Origin: a virus
Strand: one strand, 5' to 3'
DNA length: 64,000 bases
Virus record (IMG/VR): IMGVR_UViG_3300044856_000216
Span: 64,001-128,000 of that record
The position numbers and the translations under genes were made by a program. Shown here in pieces: positions 18,654 through 28,009 of this stretch (position 1 is its first letter; every line of letters starts with the position of its first letter). Under the pieces are notes generated by a model that worked only from the letters and a program-made list of their open reading frames with translations, was not told where the DNA came from and did no database searches.

Positions 18654-18842
18654 TTATCTCTCAGTTACAATTAAATTCTCTATATCGTACCTGCAATCAA
18701 TCCAATGTTCATATAATCCAATATTTTCATCTGTCGGCTTCCTTGTTGCTGATGAAATATAATTATCAAATTTAGCAATTGCATTATACATTTTCTCAAG
18801 GTCTTCTTTTGTGATCTCATCAGTACTTCTAAATTCTTTCAT
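18654..18842 (-). CDS. hypothetical protein
   Basis: 62-aa ORF. Confidence 0.5.
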   Translation of the reverse strand: MKEFRSTDEITKEDLEKMYNAIAKFDNYISSATRKPTDENIGLYEHWIDCRYDIENLIVTER

Positions 18843-18885
18843 TATACCACCTCTTCCATTCTTCCAAGTAAATCATTCTTTCTTT

Positions 18886-19128
18886 TTATCTTTGTAAAAA
18901 GTAAATATAAAACCATTTTGGATATCCGTCTTGCCAAAATTCACAATAATGCCTATATCTGCTTACTTTATTCTCTTTGTATAATTCTGCGAGCAGCCTA
19001 CCAATTTCAGGAACTTTCGGTGCTCCATATAGATACCATTCTATTACTTTCGGATTAAATTCATTTATATATGCGTTTACAAAATTCTCTGATACAACAT
19101 CAATAAACCCATCTTTGTGTTGTAACAT
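18886..19128 (-). CDS. hypothetical protein
   Basis: 80-aa ORF. Confidence 0.5.
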   Translation of the reverse strand: MLQHKDGFIDVVSENFVNAYINEFNPKVIEWYLYGAPKVPEIGRLLAELYKENKVSRYRHYCEFWQDGYPKWFYIYFLQR

Positions 19129-19186
19129 ATAATTGAGTATCCATTGCTTTTTGCGTTCTTTTATAGCATATCACCTCCAAGGAAAG

Positions 19187-19420
19187 TTAAATTTCTTTGC
19201 CTCTATGTTCTATGAACCATCTATCAGCTATAGTATGTGTGAGTTCTATTTGCGTCATAATTACAGTATTCGCACCAAAATCTTTTTCATATTCTGTTTT
19301 AATCTTCCCAAGCTCTGTATTTTCGTCAAATCCACCATTCTTTTCTGCGTCAAGAAATTCAGAATAAAGAGCCGTTAATTCTAAGTCTGTTTTTGTTTCA
19401 AAAATATTTATATGGTTCAT
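19187..19420 (-). CDS. hypothetical protein
   Basis: 77-aa ORF. Confidence 0.5.
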   Translation of the reverse strand: MNHINIFETKTDLELTALYSEFLDAEKNGGFDENTELGKIKTEYEKDFGANTVIMTQIELTHTIADRWFIEHRGKEI

Positions 19421-19440
19421 ATTTAGTTATCTCCCCTTTT

Positions 19441-19462
19441 ATATATATATATATATATATAT
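19441..19462. repeat. (AT)11 microsatellite inside a ~70-bp nearly pure A/T tract
   Basis: Read directly. Confidence 0.9.
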
Positions 19463-19513
19463 TTATTTATATATATTTATTAATACTTAATATATTGATT
19501 AAATTTCTTTGCC

Positions 19514-20209
19514 TTATTCTGATTCAATATCAACTGGATTTTCCAATTTTAATATCTCATCTCTATGCTCTACCAACGCAGCACTTGCAATAGCATTTAT
19601 TTTATTCTGGCAAAATGACTCAATTTCTCCTTTTGCCTCCATAACCGTTTTGTCCATCTGTTCATTGAACTGGTCTGCAATAAAATCCAAGTTACATCCA
19701 AGATCCATACTTAATTTTCTAAGTTTAGATATTACAGCTTCTTTGTCTGCCTTTGTTAGTGCTTTCTTCTGTGAAAACAAATCAGTTACATCCTGAATTA
19801 ACTGCTGTGACTCATTCATTGCATTTTTTGTTTTACCTTTGAATTCATCAGTAAACTGTTCTCTTTTGCTAACAAAATCACACGGAGGTATTTTACCATC
19901 TTTTTCGGTATAGCGAATTGTTACTGGAATTCCTGTACCCTGTCCAAAAGATGTAATCGCTTCAGCGAATTGTGAATAACTCATCTCTATTTCTGCAATA
20001 GGAGCTTTGCCATAAACCCAATCTCTATTTAAGCCACGCTCTATTTCTGCATGTCTTAACTCCATTATTATTACATTACTATGTTCAATACTGCTTCCGA
20101 ATAATGGTGTCTTTCCACCATAAGCTCTATTAAACATAATAGTTCCATATGACGGATGGGAAGTTCTAGTCCCAAGATCTGTTTCTTCTACCTTATATTC
20201 ATTCTCCAT
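19514..20209 (-). CDS. hypothetical protein
   Basis: 231-aa ORF. Confidence 0.65.
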   Translation of the reverse strand: MENEYKVEETDLGTRTSHPSYGTIMFNRAYGGKTPLFGSSIEHSNVIIMELRHAEIERGLNRDWVYGKAPIAEIEMSYSQFAEAITSFGQGTGIPVTIRYTEKDGKIPPCDFVSKREQFTDEFKGKTKNAMNESQQLIQDVTDLFSQKKALTKADKEAVISKLRKLSMDLGCNLDFIADQFNEQMDKTVMEAKGEIESFCQNKINAIASAALVEHRDEILKLENPVDIESE

Positions 20210-20242
20210 ATGTTCTATTTTCCTTTCAAACTAACAGTAAGC

Positions 20243-20551
20243 TTAGATTCCCAAAATGTTTAATTCTTTTGAATTACGAAATAACATTAAGTCATCTTCT
20301 ATATCATTATGGTATCCATGATTATAAGCATATTTTCCAATATCTCTAATTGTTTTTAATCTTGTTTGTAAGTATATGTCTATGTCCATTTTTCTTACGT
20401 CTTTACGTTGTTCTGACGTTACAGATCCATTTCTAGTAAAGATACAGACCTGATCATTATTTACTTTGATTACATTACATGGATACCAATTTTCTCCAAT
20501 TCTGAATTCATACATAAAATTCCAATTTCCGTTACACTCTTCTAACGTCAT
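20243..20551 (-). CDS. hypothetical protein
   Basis: 102-aa ORF. Confidence 0.5.
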   Translation of the reverse strand: MTLEECNGNWNFMYEFRIGENWYPCNVIKVNNDQVCIFTRNGSVTSEQRKDVRKMDIDIYLQTRLKTIRDIGKYAYNHGYHNDIEDDLMLFRNSKELNILGI

Positions 20552-20586
20552 ATATCACCTCTCGGAACTTAGTTTCTTAGTAACAT

Positions 20587-20805
20587 TCAATATTCAATTG
20601 TATTGGCAATCTCTTTTATCTTATCTGCATTTAATGGTGCAACTGCATCTACTAATCTACCTTTAATTTCTTTATATTCTTTCGAATATGGATCAAATCC
20701 AGATAATTGACACCAATTTTCAATTTCTACTTCTAATTTACTTGCTTTTTTACAAGCTTCATTTTGCTGCCTGATCTTATTCTGTATATATTTAGGTATC
20801 TCCAT
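20587..20805 (-). CDS. hypothetical protein
   Basis: 72-aa ORF. Confidence 0.5.
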   Translation of the reverse strand: MEIPKYIQNKIRQQNEACKKASKLEVEIENWCQLSGFDPYSKEYKEIKGRLVDAVAPLNADKIKEIANTIEY

Positions 20806-20839
20806 ACAAATTTATTCTTCTTTCTACACATAAGTAAGC

Positions 20840-21232
20840 TTAGATTTCAAGTCCATTTTCCATACATTTTTCTGCAAATTCACTTGAATTATTTCCGACA
20901 ATTTTTCTATAAATATGATTCCAGTCGGTATTTCCAAATGCTATTTTCACATCACCTTCAAGATATGCGTTAAATGTATCAGATTCATCTTTGCTTAAAA
21001 CACAAGTTTTGTCCTTACAAACGCTGTCAAATTGTAACAATAATTCTAGCTCTGCAATTTCTGTTTTCAGTTTTTTCATATACAACAACGCATTGATAGC
21101 ATTGTCTTCATAATTTGATTGTTCAATGTTTTTCATATCAATTCTGAAATATTCTTGTTGATTTTTCAAATCTCGCTTTTTAGCAGCTAATCGCTGTTCC
21201 AATACATCATTCATATTATTCACTCCTTCCAC
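20840..21232 (-). CDS. hypothetical protein
   Basis: 130-aa ORF. Confidence 0.55.
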   Translation of the reverse strand: MEGVNNMNDVLEQRLAAKKRDLKNQQEYFRIDMKNIEQSNYEDNAINALLYMKKLKTEIAELELLLQFDSVCKDKTCVLSKDESDTFNAYLEGDVKIAFGNTDWNHIYRKIVGNNSSEFAEKCMENGLEI

Positions 21233-21255
21233 AAGAAAACTTGGTTTACTTGGCT

Positions 21256-21945
21256 TTAATATTTAATATTAGTCTCATCGGTTATTTTTCTTACAAGCTC
21301 ATCCAATTCTTCATATTTTTCAAGTAAATATTTTAATTCTTCAATAGTAATGTCTCTTTTTTTACTACTATCATTAGTATCATATACAAAGATACTTCCA
21401 TCACTGCAAGAACCAATATTCACCCCAAATGTCGTACCATAGTTTCTGTTTCTGTCTCTGAATTTCTGTTTTAATATAGAATATTCATCATGTTCTAAAA
21501 AATATTTATGTTCTAAATTTTCACATTCTTTTAACTGGCGATGAAAGACTTCATCAACATAATCTTTATAGGTATCATATCCACCTTTTCTATTAATATA
21601 TTGAATATTTCTTTCGCCCATAAAATAAATGCTTCCGTATTGGTATGAATTATCAATTAAATTTCTCTTATCATTTCTTTTGATCCATGCTTTGAGTGAT
21701 ACTGTTTTTACATCTCCCCAATTATCGGTCGGCATATCTTCTTTATCTTTTTCGAATTTCTCTGACAGCTCTAAGATATAGCTTAACTTGTTATCTTGTA
21801 TTTTATCAACAAATGCAATTTTATCTTCTCTTGTTATATCATGCTCACAGTTATATATTTTTTCTTTTCCAATTATTATACTGCTTCTCTGATTTAGCAA
21901 TTTCATGTCTTCCACGTTCCACTTAAACATATTTTCACTCTCCAA
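21256..21945 (-). CDS. hypothetical protein
   Basis: 229-aa ORF. Confidence 0.65.
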   Translation of the reverse strand: MESENMFKWNVEDMKLLNQRSSIIIGKEKIYNCEHDITREDKIAFVDKIQDNKLSYILELSEKFEKDKEDMPTDNWGDVKTVSLKAWIKRNDKRNLIDNSYQYGSIYFMGERNIQYINRKGGYDTYKDYVDEVFHRQLKECENLEHKYFLEHDEYSILKQKFRDRNRNYGTTFGVNIGSCSDGSIFVYDTNDSSKKRDITIEELKYLLEKYEELDELVRKITDETNIKY

Positions 21946-22090
21946 TCTTTTTATTATTCTTCATCGTCATCTGTGTCATTAATAATTTCTATAATATCAT
22001 CAAGCGAAGTACAATCATCACAAGTCATAGTAAACTTGAATTCCTTGTTACTTTAATATTCTCTGTTTTAATAAGTAATGGTGCTATAAT

Positions 22091-22426
22091 TTATACAGCA
22101 CCATTATCTTCTAAAAATTTTCTATACATGTTTTCAATTCTATTCAAATCATCTTTGTGCAAATCACCGATTTTAAATATAAAGCTATCTTTTGTAAGTA
22201 GTGTTACTTTTGATACTCTCGCAGTTGAAGCTAATCTCAAACTCGCTTCTTCCCAATAGATAATAGGAGTATCATAAGGATCTTCTTTTCTTACCTTATG
22301 CTTTGTTATCTTGACAGATAATACACCAAGTAAATTTTCATCAAGCACCACAACAGGTCTATTCAGTATTCTACTTGGATCTTCTTCTAATGGAAATTCG
22401 ACAAACCATACTTCTCCTTTGTTCAT
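22091..22426 (-). CDS. PemK/MazF-family toxin
   Basis: GEVWFVEFP...NRPVVVL...ARVSKVTLLTKDSF...IGDL pattern; start shares nt 22426 with the stop of the upstream antitoxin gene. Confidence 0.75.
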   Translation of the reverse strand: MNKGEVWFVEFPLEEDPSRILNRPVVVLDENLLGVLSVKITKHKVRKEDPYDTPIIYWEEASLRLASTARVSKVTLLTKDSFIFKIGDLHKDDLNRIENMYRKFLEDNGAV

Positions 22427-22743
22427 TATTCAATACCTCTTTCTTTTTTCATTTTCTCAAACATATCATCCCATTCTGATTCAGTTGCCCAATCGTCAAC
22501 AGAAGATATTGTCGCTTTCCCTTCTTTATTGTAATTTGTATTTTTCATTGCTAACTGATATGATTTCAAGCCATATATTCCCGTATTCATATCAGGATGA
22601 AATGGTAAAGCCTGCTCTCTTACAGCTTGTTTAGCAGCCATTGTAAAGAAAGTAGTCATATCCATTCCAAGATTAGACATAAGCTCCTGTAATTGAGCTT
22701 TCAGTGTTTCATCAATTCTCATTGTTACATTTGTATTTGCCAT
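22426..22743 (-). CDS. RelB/DinJ-family antitoxin
   Basis: NVTMRIDETLKAQLQELMSNLGMDMTTFFTMAAKQAVREQALPF, an RHH-type N-terminus. Confidence 0.75.
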   Translation of the reverse strand: MANTNVTMRIDETLKAQLQELMSNLGMDMTTFFTMAAKQAVREQALPFHPDMNTGIYGLKSYQLAMKNTNYNKEGKATISSVDDWATESEWDDMFEKMKKERGIE

Positions 22744-22829
22744 ATATATATCACTCCTTTCTTTAATATTATTATATTCTCCATTTGCATCACTGTCAAT
22801 ACATTGTTATAACATTGCACATGAAACTA

Positions 22830-23450
22830 TTAATTCCTTCCCCATAAGTCATTTAATACTTTCTGATCACTTGGTAGATTCGAATAACTAATTCCAATAG
22901 TCTGCAACTTATAATATTCTTCTTTTGTAATGTCGATTCCATAATCTCCTTTAACAGTTTCTCTATAACCGAATTTATCTTGGCATTCAGGTCTGAAGTA
23001 CCATTTCTTATAAATTGGTTTATCTCCATGTTCCCATTTAAAAAGACAAGTAATTGTTCTTCCAGTAGCAATCTCCGTTGTAACCGATCTTCCAAAATAA
23101 GGATTATACTGCATATAAGCTAATTTACCACGTTCAATTGCATCTTGTTTGTCACGCTCACTCATTTCGAATAACTGCTGTGTACCTCTTCCATAAGAAG
23201 TGTCATACACTTTACTACTATTCACACCAACTGTAGAATATAATTTAACTCCATTTTTATCAGTTGTTTCAACTCTCTTTACTCGCTCTCCGTTGATGTA
23301 ATCATTGCAAAGTCTATCCATATAATGAACATTTCCTTTTTCATCAACTCTACGAGATACTTTTTTCATATCATAGTTATCTTTAGCTGCCTTTGCAGCA
23401 CTTCCTGCATAAATTCCTAAAAATGCCAACAATCCACCGAACATATTCAT
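22830..23450 (-). CDS. membrane-anchored hypothetical protein
   Basis: 206-aa ORF with a hydrophobic N-terminus, MNMFGGLLAFLGIYAGSAA. Confidence 0.6.
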   Translation of the reverse strand: MNMFGGLLAFLGIYAGSAAKAAKDNYDMKKVSRRVDEKGNVHYMDRLCNDYINGERVKRVETTDKNGVKLYSTVGVNSSKVYDTSYGRGTQQLFEMSERDKQDAIERGKLAYMQYNPYFGRSVTTEIATGRTITCLFKWEHGDKPIYKKWYFRPECQDKFGYRETVKGDYGIDITKEEYYKLQTIGISYSNLPSDQKVLNDLWGRN

Positions 23451-23467
23451 CAGCCACCTTTCTTATA

Positions 23468-23620
23468 TTATCTTCTCCATTTATCCATTTCGTCTACAGA
23501 CTTCTTGTTTAAGTTATTATACATATCTCTTCTCTTTTTTGCCTCATCTTTCTCATTAGCTTTCCAAGGAAGATAAATACATAAATATCCTGCAATCAAA
23601 CATCCAATTAACTGTGCCAT
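23468..23620 (-). CDS. small membrane protein (50 aa)
   Basis: Own translation MAQLIGCLIAGYLCIYLPWKANEKDEAKKRR... Confidence 0.4.
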   Translation of the reverse strand: MAQLIGCLIAGYLCIYLPWKANEKDEAKKRRDMYNNLNKKSVDEMDKWRR

Positions 23621-23665
23621 AATAACTACCTCCGTCATCTTATTTCCGTTACCATATTACTATTA

Positions 23666-23839
23666 TTATATCACTACTATTTCATTATTAATAGTATCAA
23701 ATATCTCGTAGAAATTCTCTTCATAGATATTATCCAATTTATCGGTTTCCTCATACTCATTAAGGGCATATGTCGCAGCTTCCAATGACTCAAAACTGTC
23801 GATGACATTTCCACCTTGTCTGTCTCTGACCTCAAACAT
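23666..23839 (-). CDS. small acidic protein (57 aa) immediately 3' of the intron
   Basis: Own translation MFEVRDRQGGNVIDSFESLEAATYALNEYEETDKLDNIYEENFYEIFDTINNEIVVI; GGAGGTG 7 nt before the ATG. Confidence 0.45.
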   Translation of the reverse strand: MFEVRDRQGGNVIDSFESLEAATYALNEYEETDKLDNIYEENFYEIFDTINNEIVVI

Positions 23840-23867
23840 ATAATCACCTCCATTATATTATTCTCCA

Positions 23868-25725
23868 ATCGAGTAGGAGGGAAATTTAACGAAATTTCCC
23901 GACCTCTCACACCACCGTGCGTACCGTTCGGTACACGGCGGTTCAATCAACTTAACAAGTAACGCACCTTTCGGTGTAGTAATCTAACATTGAGACTAAT
24001 CCAAATGAGGTTAGTCTCTTTGTACTTATAGCCTTTTGTATCCATCCATTGTGGGCGAGTCTTGCATATCTGTCTCCGCAATACGCTATTTTAAATGCTG
24101 CCCATCTTGGTACATCAAGTTTCATAAGGTTCTTTGCTCTGTTTTGTGGAGTTTTCCAATGTTTCCAAATGCACATACGAAGTCTGTATCTGATGCTACC
24201 ATCTAGTTCTCGACAAAGTGTTTTCATACTTCCAATTTTAAAGTAATTTATCCAACCTCTGATGAGTTGATTTAATTTCTCCACCTTGTAGCTGTTGCTA
24301 ACGCCCCAGCTACGGCATGTGAGTTCTTTCATTCTTTTCTTAAACTTCGCTACTGATTTTGCATGTGGTTTTGCCTTAAACTGATGTGCTCTTGTGTCAA
24401 AGTAGAACCCAAACCCAAGGTATTTAAGTCCGCTTGGTCTGTCTACTTTACTCTTTGTCATGTTGACCTTGAGACCTAGTTTCTCCTCAATAAATCGAGA
24501 TATGTTTCTCATTACCCGATTTGCAGACATTTCACTTCCAACCATGATAATACAGTCATCTGCATATCGCACAAAGTTAAGCCCTCGCTTTTCCATTTCC
24601 TTATCAAGTTCATTGAGCATGATGTTTGCCAATAACGGCGAAAGATTTCCTCCTTGCGGTGTTCCCACAATAGAATCCTCATATTCATCGTCTATCATGA
24701 TTCCGCTGACAAGGTATTTCCTTATGATAGAGATAACATCTCCATCTTTTATAGTTCTGCCTATGATAGTCATAAGCTTGTCATGGTTTACCGTGTCAAA
24801 GAACTTTTCCAAGTCAATGTCTACAATCCAATCGTTACCATCATTCATCATGTCAAGTGCTGTTAGGATTGCTTGCTGTGCACATCTATTCGGTCTGAAT
24901 CCATAACTATGTTCATGGAATTGTTCCTCGTAGATTGGTGTTAATACCTGTGCAATGGCTTGCTGTATGAATCTGTCTGTTACTGTTGGTACTCCTAGGT
25001 TTCTGACACCGCCATCGGGCTTTGGTATCTCCACTCTTCGTACTGGTTGAGGTTTATACTTTCTTGTCCCCAACTGTTCCTTGATGATTTCGCCGTTCTT
25101 TTCAAGATGTTCTTTGAGTTCCGTGTACTTCATTCCGTCCACTCCCTCTGCACCTTTATTTCGTACGACTTGCAGATATGCTCTGTTGAGATTATCGCTA
25201 GATAAAATCTGCTCCATTAGACTACTTGTGTCCATGCGTTCTTTCCTTTCCGTCTCGCTTGATTTGACCATCTTTTACCCGATTGGTTACGGCAGATGTT
25301 GCCATTTCTGCAATACGAGACATACTCAAACTTATTGATTGTTCGCCCCTTCGCTCCATTTCCATTACAGAAACTTCTTCACTACTATGGGCTCGGCTGA
25401 CTTCTCACAGTTCGTTGTTACTAGGCTAATAGAACCTCTGTGAGACCTCCACGCTTAAGGTGCACGCTCTTTCTCTCCATACATCCGCCACATTTACTCT
25501 GCTACTACAAAAAGTGATAATTATTAGACTTCGTTGCTTTTAGCCAACTTATCTCTCATAGCCTAGCCTTATATGTGATTTCTATCCGTCGGACCAGAGA
25601 TTTGCTTACAGCTTCCTTCAGATTCCATCTCACGATGAACACCCTTGCTGTTCAGCTATACACTTCCCACTATCTGGGCGTGTTCGGGACTTTCACCCGT
25701 TAGAGCGCGCCCATGGCGCGCAAAC
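23868..25725 (-). mobile_element. group II intron, class C (IIC)-like, 1858 nt
   Basis: 5' end GUUUGCGCGCCAUGGGCGCGC...GGGUGAAAGUCCCGAAC. Domain V GAACCGCCGUGUACCGAACGGUACGCACGGUGGU at 23911-23944. Domain VI has a bulged A (23874) 7 nt from the 3' end ...CCUACUCGAU. RT/maturase ORF inside; sits 7 nt after a terminator stem. Confidence 0.85.
23952..25271 (-). CDS. group II intron reverse transcriptase/maturase (no endonuclease domain)
   Basis: RT motifs incl. PQGGNLSPLLANI and VRYADDCIIM (YADD), plus a C-terminal maturase X region; 439 aa. Confidence 0.9.
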   Translation of the reverse strand: MVKSSETERKERMDTSSLMEQILSSDNLNRAYLQVVRNKGAEGVDGMKYTELKEHLEKNGEIIKEQLGTRKYKPQPVRRVEIPKPDGGVRNLGVPTVTDRFIQQAIAQVLTPIYEEQFHEHSYGFRPNRCAQQAILTALDMMNDGNDWIVDIDLEKFFDTVNHDKLMTIIGRTIKDGDVISIIRKYLVSGIMIDDEYEDSIVGTPQGGNLSPLLANIMLNELDKEMEKRGLNFVRYADDCIIMVGSEMSANRVMRNISRFIEEKLGLKVNMTKSKVDRPSGLKYLGFGFYFDTRAHQFKAKPHAKSVAKFKKRMKELTCRSWGVSNSYKVEKLNQLIRGWINYFKIGSMKTLCRELDGSIRYRLRMCIWKHWKTPQNRAKNLMKLDVPRWAAFKIAYCGDRYARLAHNGWIQKAISTKRLTSFGLVSMLDYYTERCVTC

Positions 25726-25726
25726 T

Positions 25727-25756
25727 AAAAAAACAGACAACCTTTCGATTGCCTGT
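25727..25756 (-). terminator. rho-independent terminator directly upstream of the intron 5' end
   Basis: ACAGGCAA-N8-UUGUCUGU followed by UUUUUU, after the stop of 25784..26266. Confidence 0.7.
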
Positions 25757-25783
25757 TTCAAGTCATATATTTATTTTACAGTA

Positions 25784-26266
25784 CTACAACACATACATTA
25801 TATAGTACCATTTTCCTTCAATTTCCACACATCCCCAATCAGTGCAAGGTTTATGTGTTCTAACCATCTCTCTTACCATGTCAGAATATCCATCATCTGC
25901 ACAACAGCTATCCCATTCTTCACAGTATCCTTCAAGACCTTCCTCTAAATCTCGGTATATAGTTGTGCCAGTTTCCAAGTATTTCTTTGCTTCTGCTTTT
26001 GTACAATTATCTTCAAGAAGAATATCTATATCATCAGGGATAACCTCTATTCGATCTTCAACTCTCATTCCGTCTGCTTTATACTCTAAATACTCTCTAA
26101 GATCATCGACATCATTTACTTCTTCCCATTTATCATGCATTTCTTCACCAAATATTTCAATGTCTGGTTCAAAGAAATCTTTAAGTTCATCGAAGCTCAT
26201 TTCCTTAGTATATTCAGCCTTATTGTCTATGTCAAACACTCTATACTTCATAATACATACCTCCAA
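25784..26266 (-). CDS. hypothetical acidic protein
   Basis: 160-aa ORF, D/E-rich. Confidence 0.6.
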   Translation of the reverse strand: MEVCIMKYRVFDIDNKAEYTKEMSFDELKDFFEPDIEIFGEEMHDKWEEVNDVDDLREYLEYKADGMRVEDRIEVIPDDIDILLEDNCTKAEAKKYLETGTTIYRDLEEGLEGYCEEWDSCCADDGYSDMVREMVRTHKPCTDWGCVEIEGKWYYIMYVL

Positions 26267-26494
26267 TCATAAATCCATTATATCAATTCCAAACTCTGAT
26301 TTCAAGACATTCTCAAAATCTGGATCAATCTCACAGTATCTCTTAATGAATTCATTGTTACTACATGGTGCAAGTTCTTGATGCACCTGTTCTCTTACAT
26401 CGCCATTCATAAATATTGCAATTGCTGGCATCGCATATTTACTTATTTCCATTTTATCAAACTCCTTTACAAACACTGTGCAAATAGTATACAC
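26267..26494 (-). CDS. hypothetical protein
   Basis: 75-aa ORF; probable start at ATG 26452 after AAAGGAG. Confidence 0.5.
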   Translation of the reverse strand: MYTICTVFVKEFDKMEISKYAMPAIAIFMNGDVREQVHQELAPCSNNEFIKRYCEIDPDFENVLKSEFGIDIMDL

Positions 26495-26631
26495 ATTCTC
26501 TTAGGATTTGTGTACGTTATTTTTTTCTTCGTTATTTTGTTATACACAGTAATACTCAATTGCTTTGTGAGCAGATTTTGATTTAGTATTATCTGTTTCT
26601 CTTTTGTGTCTTTCAATAACATATCATTCAT
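26467..26631 (-). CDS. possible small protein (54 aa)
   Basis: Own translation MNDMLLKDTKEKQIILNQ...; GAGGTG upstream. Confidence 0.3.
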   Translation of the reverse strand: MNDMLLKDTKEKQIILNQNLLTKQLSITVYNKITKKKITYTNPKRMCILFAQCL

Positions 26632-26668
26632 TGACACCTCACTTTCTCCAAGAAATTTCCGTTTCTTC

Positions 26669-26857
26669 CTAATCGCTAATCGGTAGCCAATTTACAACCG
26701 CTGGCATTTGAATTAAGCTTTCTGTTTTCTGTATATCTTTTTGCATTTCTTTTATGTCTTCTGTAGTTGGTGGAATATTTTTAAAATTATATACCGCACT
26801 ATATATTCCGTTTTCCGTATAAAATATTACTAAATGTTTCATACTTGTTTTCCTCAC
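26669..26857 (-). CDS. hypothetical protein
   Basis: leftward small-ORF array; probable start at 26839. Confidence 0.5.
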   Translation of the reverse strand: MRKTSMKHLVIFYTENGIYSAVYNFKNIPPTTEDIKEMQKDIQKTESLIQMPAVVNWLPISD

Positions 26858-26878
26858 TTTCCGCAGTAAATCATCGTT

Positions 26879-27121
26879 TCATTCACTCTTACTATTTAAA
26901 GCATCTATAAGACCTTTCCCATTCTCTATACTAGATAATTTTAATTCTACATCAGCTATCGTACTAGCAGAAACCATTTTAACAAACTCAAATGATACTT
27001 GCCCGTTATTATTCTCTGCTACTACTTCAAGTCCATGAATTAATGCTTCTAATCCAGCTTTCATGCCACCTAAGAAAGCTAATTGAATATTATTATCAAT
27101 TTTTTCCATGTCTGCCTCCAT
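26879..27121 (-). CDS. hypothetical protein
   Basis: 80 aa; leftward small-ORF array, no domain recognised. Confidence 0.5.
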   Translation of the reverse strand: MEADMEKIDNNIQLAFLGGMKAGLEALIHGLEVVAENNNGQVSFEFVKMVSASTIADVELKLSSIENGKGLIDALNSKSE

Positions 27122-27142
27122 TCTTCAAAGGAAACTCTTGAT

Positions 27143-27373
27143 TCATAGTGACGTATATTCCGTCATTTCTGAATCTCCACGTTCTATTGTAATTCCTGTC
27201 CTATAATATTTTTTATTTGTTGTCTTACTCCATTCAACGATTTCATTCTGCATTCCGTCAACGAAGTTAAATCCACGATTAACGAGGGCAATAATCAAAT
27301 TCTCTATATTGTCTGCAATACAAATTTGATTTCCATAACCATTCCTTGTGGAAAAATCTGCTGTAAATTTCAT
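27143..27373 (-). CDS. hypothetical protein
   Basis: 76 aa; leftward small-ORF array. Confidence 0.5.
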   Translation of the reverse strand: MKFTADFSTRNGYGNQICIADNIENLIIALVNRGFNFVDGMQNEIVEWSKTTNKKYYRTGITIERGDSEMTEYTSL

Positions 27374-27388
27374 ACTTATACCTCCATT

Positions 27389-27601
27389 CTATCCCATACA
27401 TCCTAATTCAAGAACATCAGGATTATCAGCAAACCAATGATTATCAATATTTTCAATTTCAATCATATCTTTGGTTATCACTGACTCGTATCCTCCATGC
27501 TCTGTATATGCTTTTAATACTTTCTGTTTGGCTTCCTCTTCTGTATCAGCTTTTACAATTCCATAAGTGTCATCGTCAAATGTGTATATCCAAAACTTCA
27601 T
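27389..27601 (-). CDS. hypothetical protein
   Basis: 70 aa; leftward small-ORF array. Confidence 0.5.
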   Translation of the reverse strand: MKFWIYTFDDDTYGIVKADTEEEAKQKVLKAYTEHGGYESVITKDMIEIENIDNHWFADNPDVLELGCMG

Positions 27602-27607
27602 AGATCA

Positions 27608-27796
27608 TCACTCCTTATCATCTTCCCAATAAGCATTTACATCATCTTTGTTATCCTTGTCATCATCCCAACAATTAAATCCACATTTTACTTTTGCTTT
27701 ACAATCCCATTTCTTATCACAATAATAACAACATCTATCATCTTTGTAACTGCAATCGTCTGTTTCAGGCTTTACATAATTTCCACATTTGTACAT
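27608..27796 (-). CDS. hypothetical Cys-rich acidic protein
   Basis: 62 aa with about 10 Cys (CCYYCDKKWDCKAKVKCGFNC). Confidence 0.5.
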   Translation of the reverse strand: MYKCGNYVKPETDDCSYKDDRCCYYCDKKWDCKAKVKCGFNCWDDDKDNKDDVNAYWEDDKE

Positions 27797-27802
27797 ATAT
27801 CA

Positions 27803-28009
27803 TCACTCCATTTCTAACTCTCTTCTAATTACAGTATCAACAAACCATTCAACTTCTTCTGGAATTTCCTTTTCGCACTCATATAATTTGTTATGAAATT
27901 TTCCATCATTATATGTTTTAATCACAAATGATTCTTGATTATATATCAACCAATACTCATTATCTCCTGTTTGTCTAAAGTGAATATCAATATCTTGCAT
28001 AATTATCAC
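27803..28009 (-). CDS. hypothetical protein
   Basis: 68 aa; overlaps the upstream stop by 4 nt. Confidence 0.5.
   Translation of the reverse strand: MIIMQDIDIHFRQTGDNEYWLIYNQESFVIKTYNDGKFHNKLYECEKEIPEEVEWFVDTVIRRELEME

Noticed and set aside
23677-23946. 89-aa leftward ORF from the track
   Set aside because: It runs through intron domains V/VI and the 3' splice site. The product is basic and low-complexity. The alternative 57-aa frame (23666..23839), with a well-spaced GGAGGTG, is preferred.
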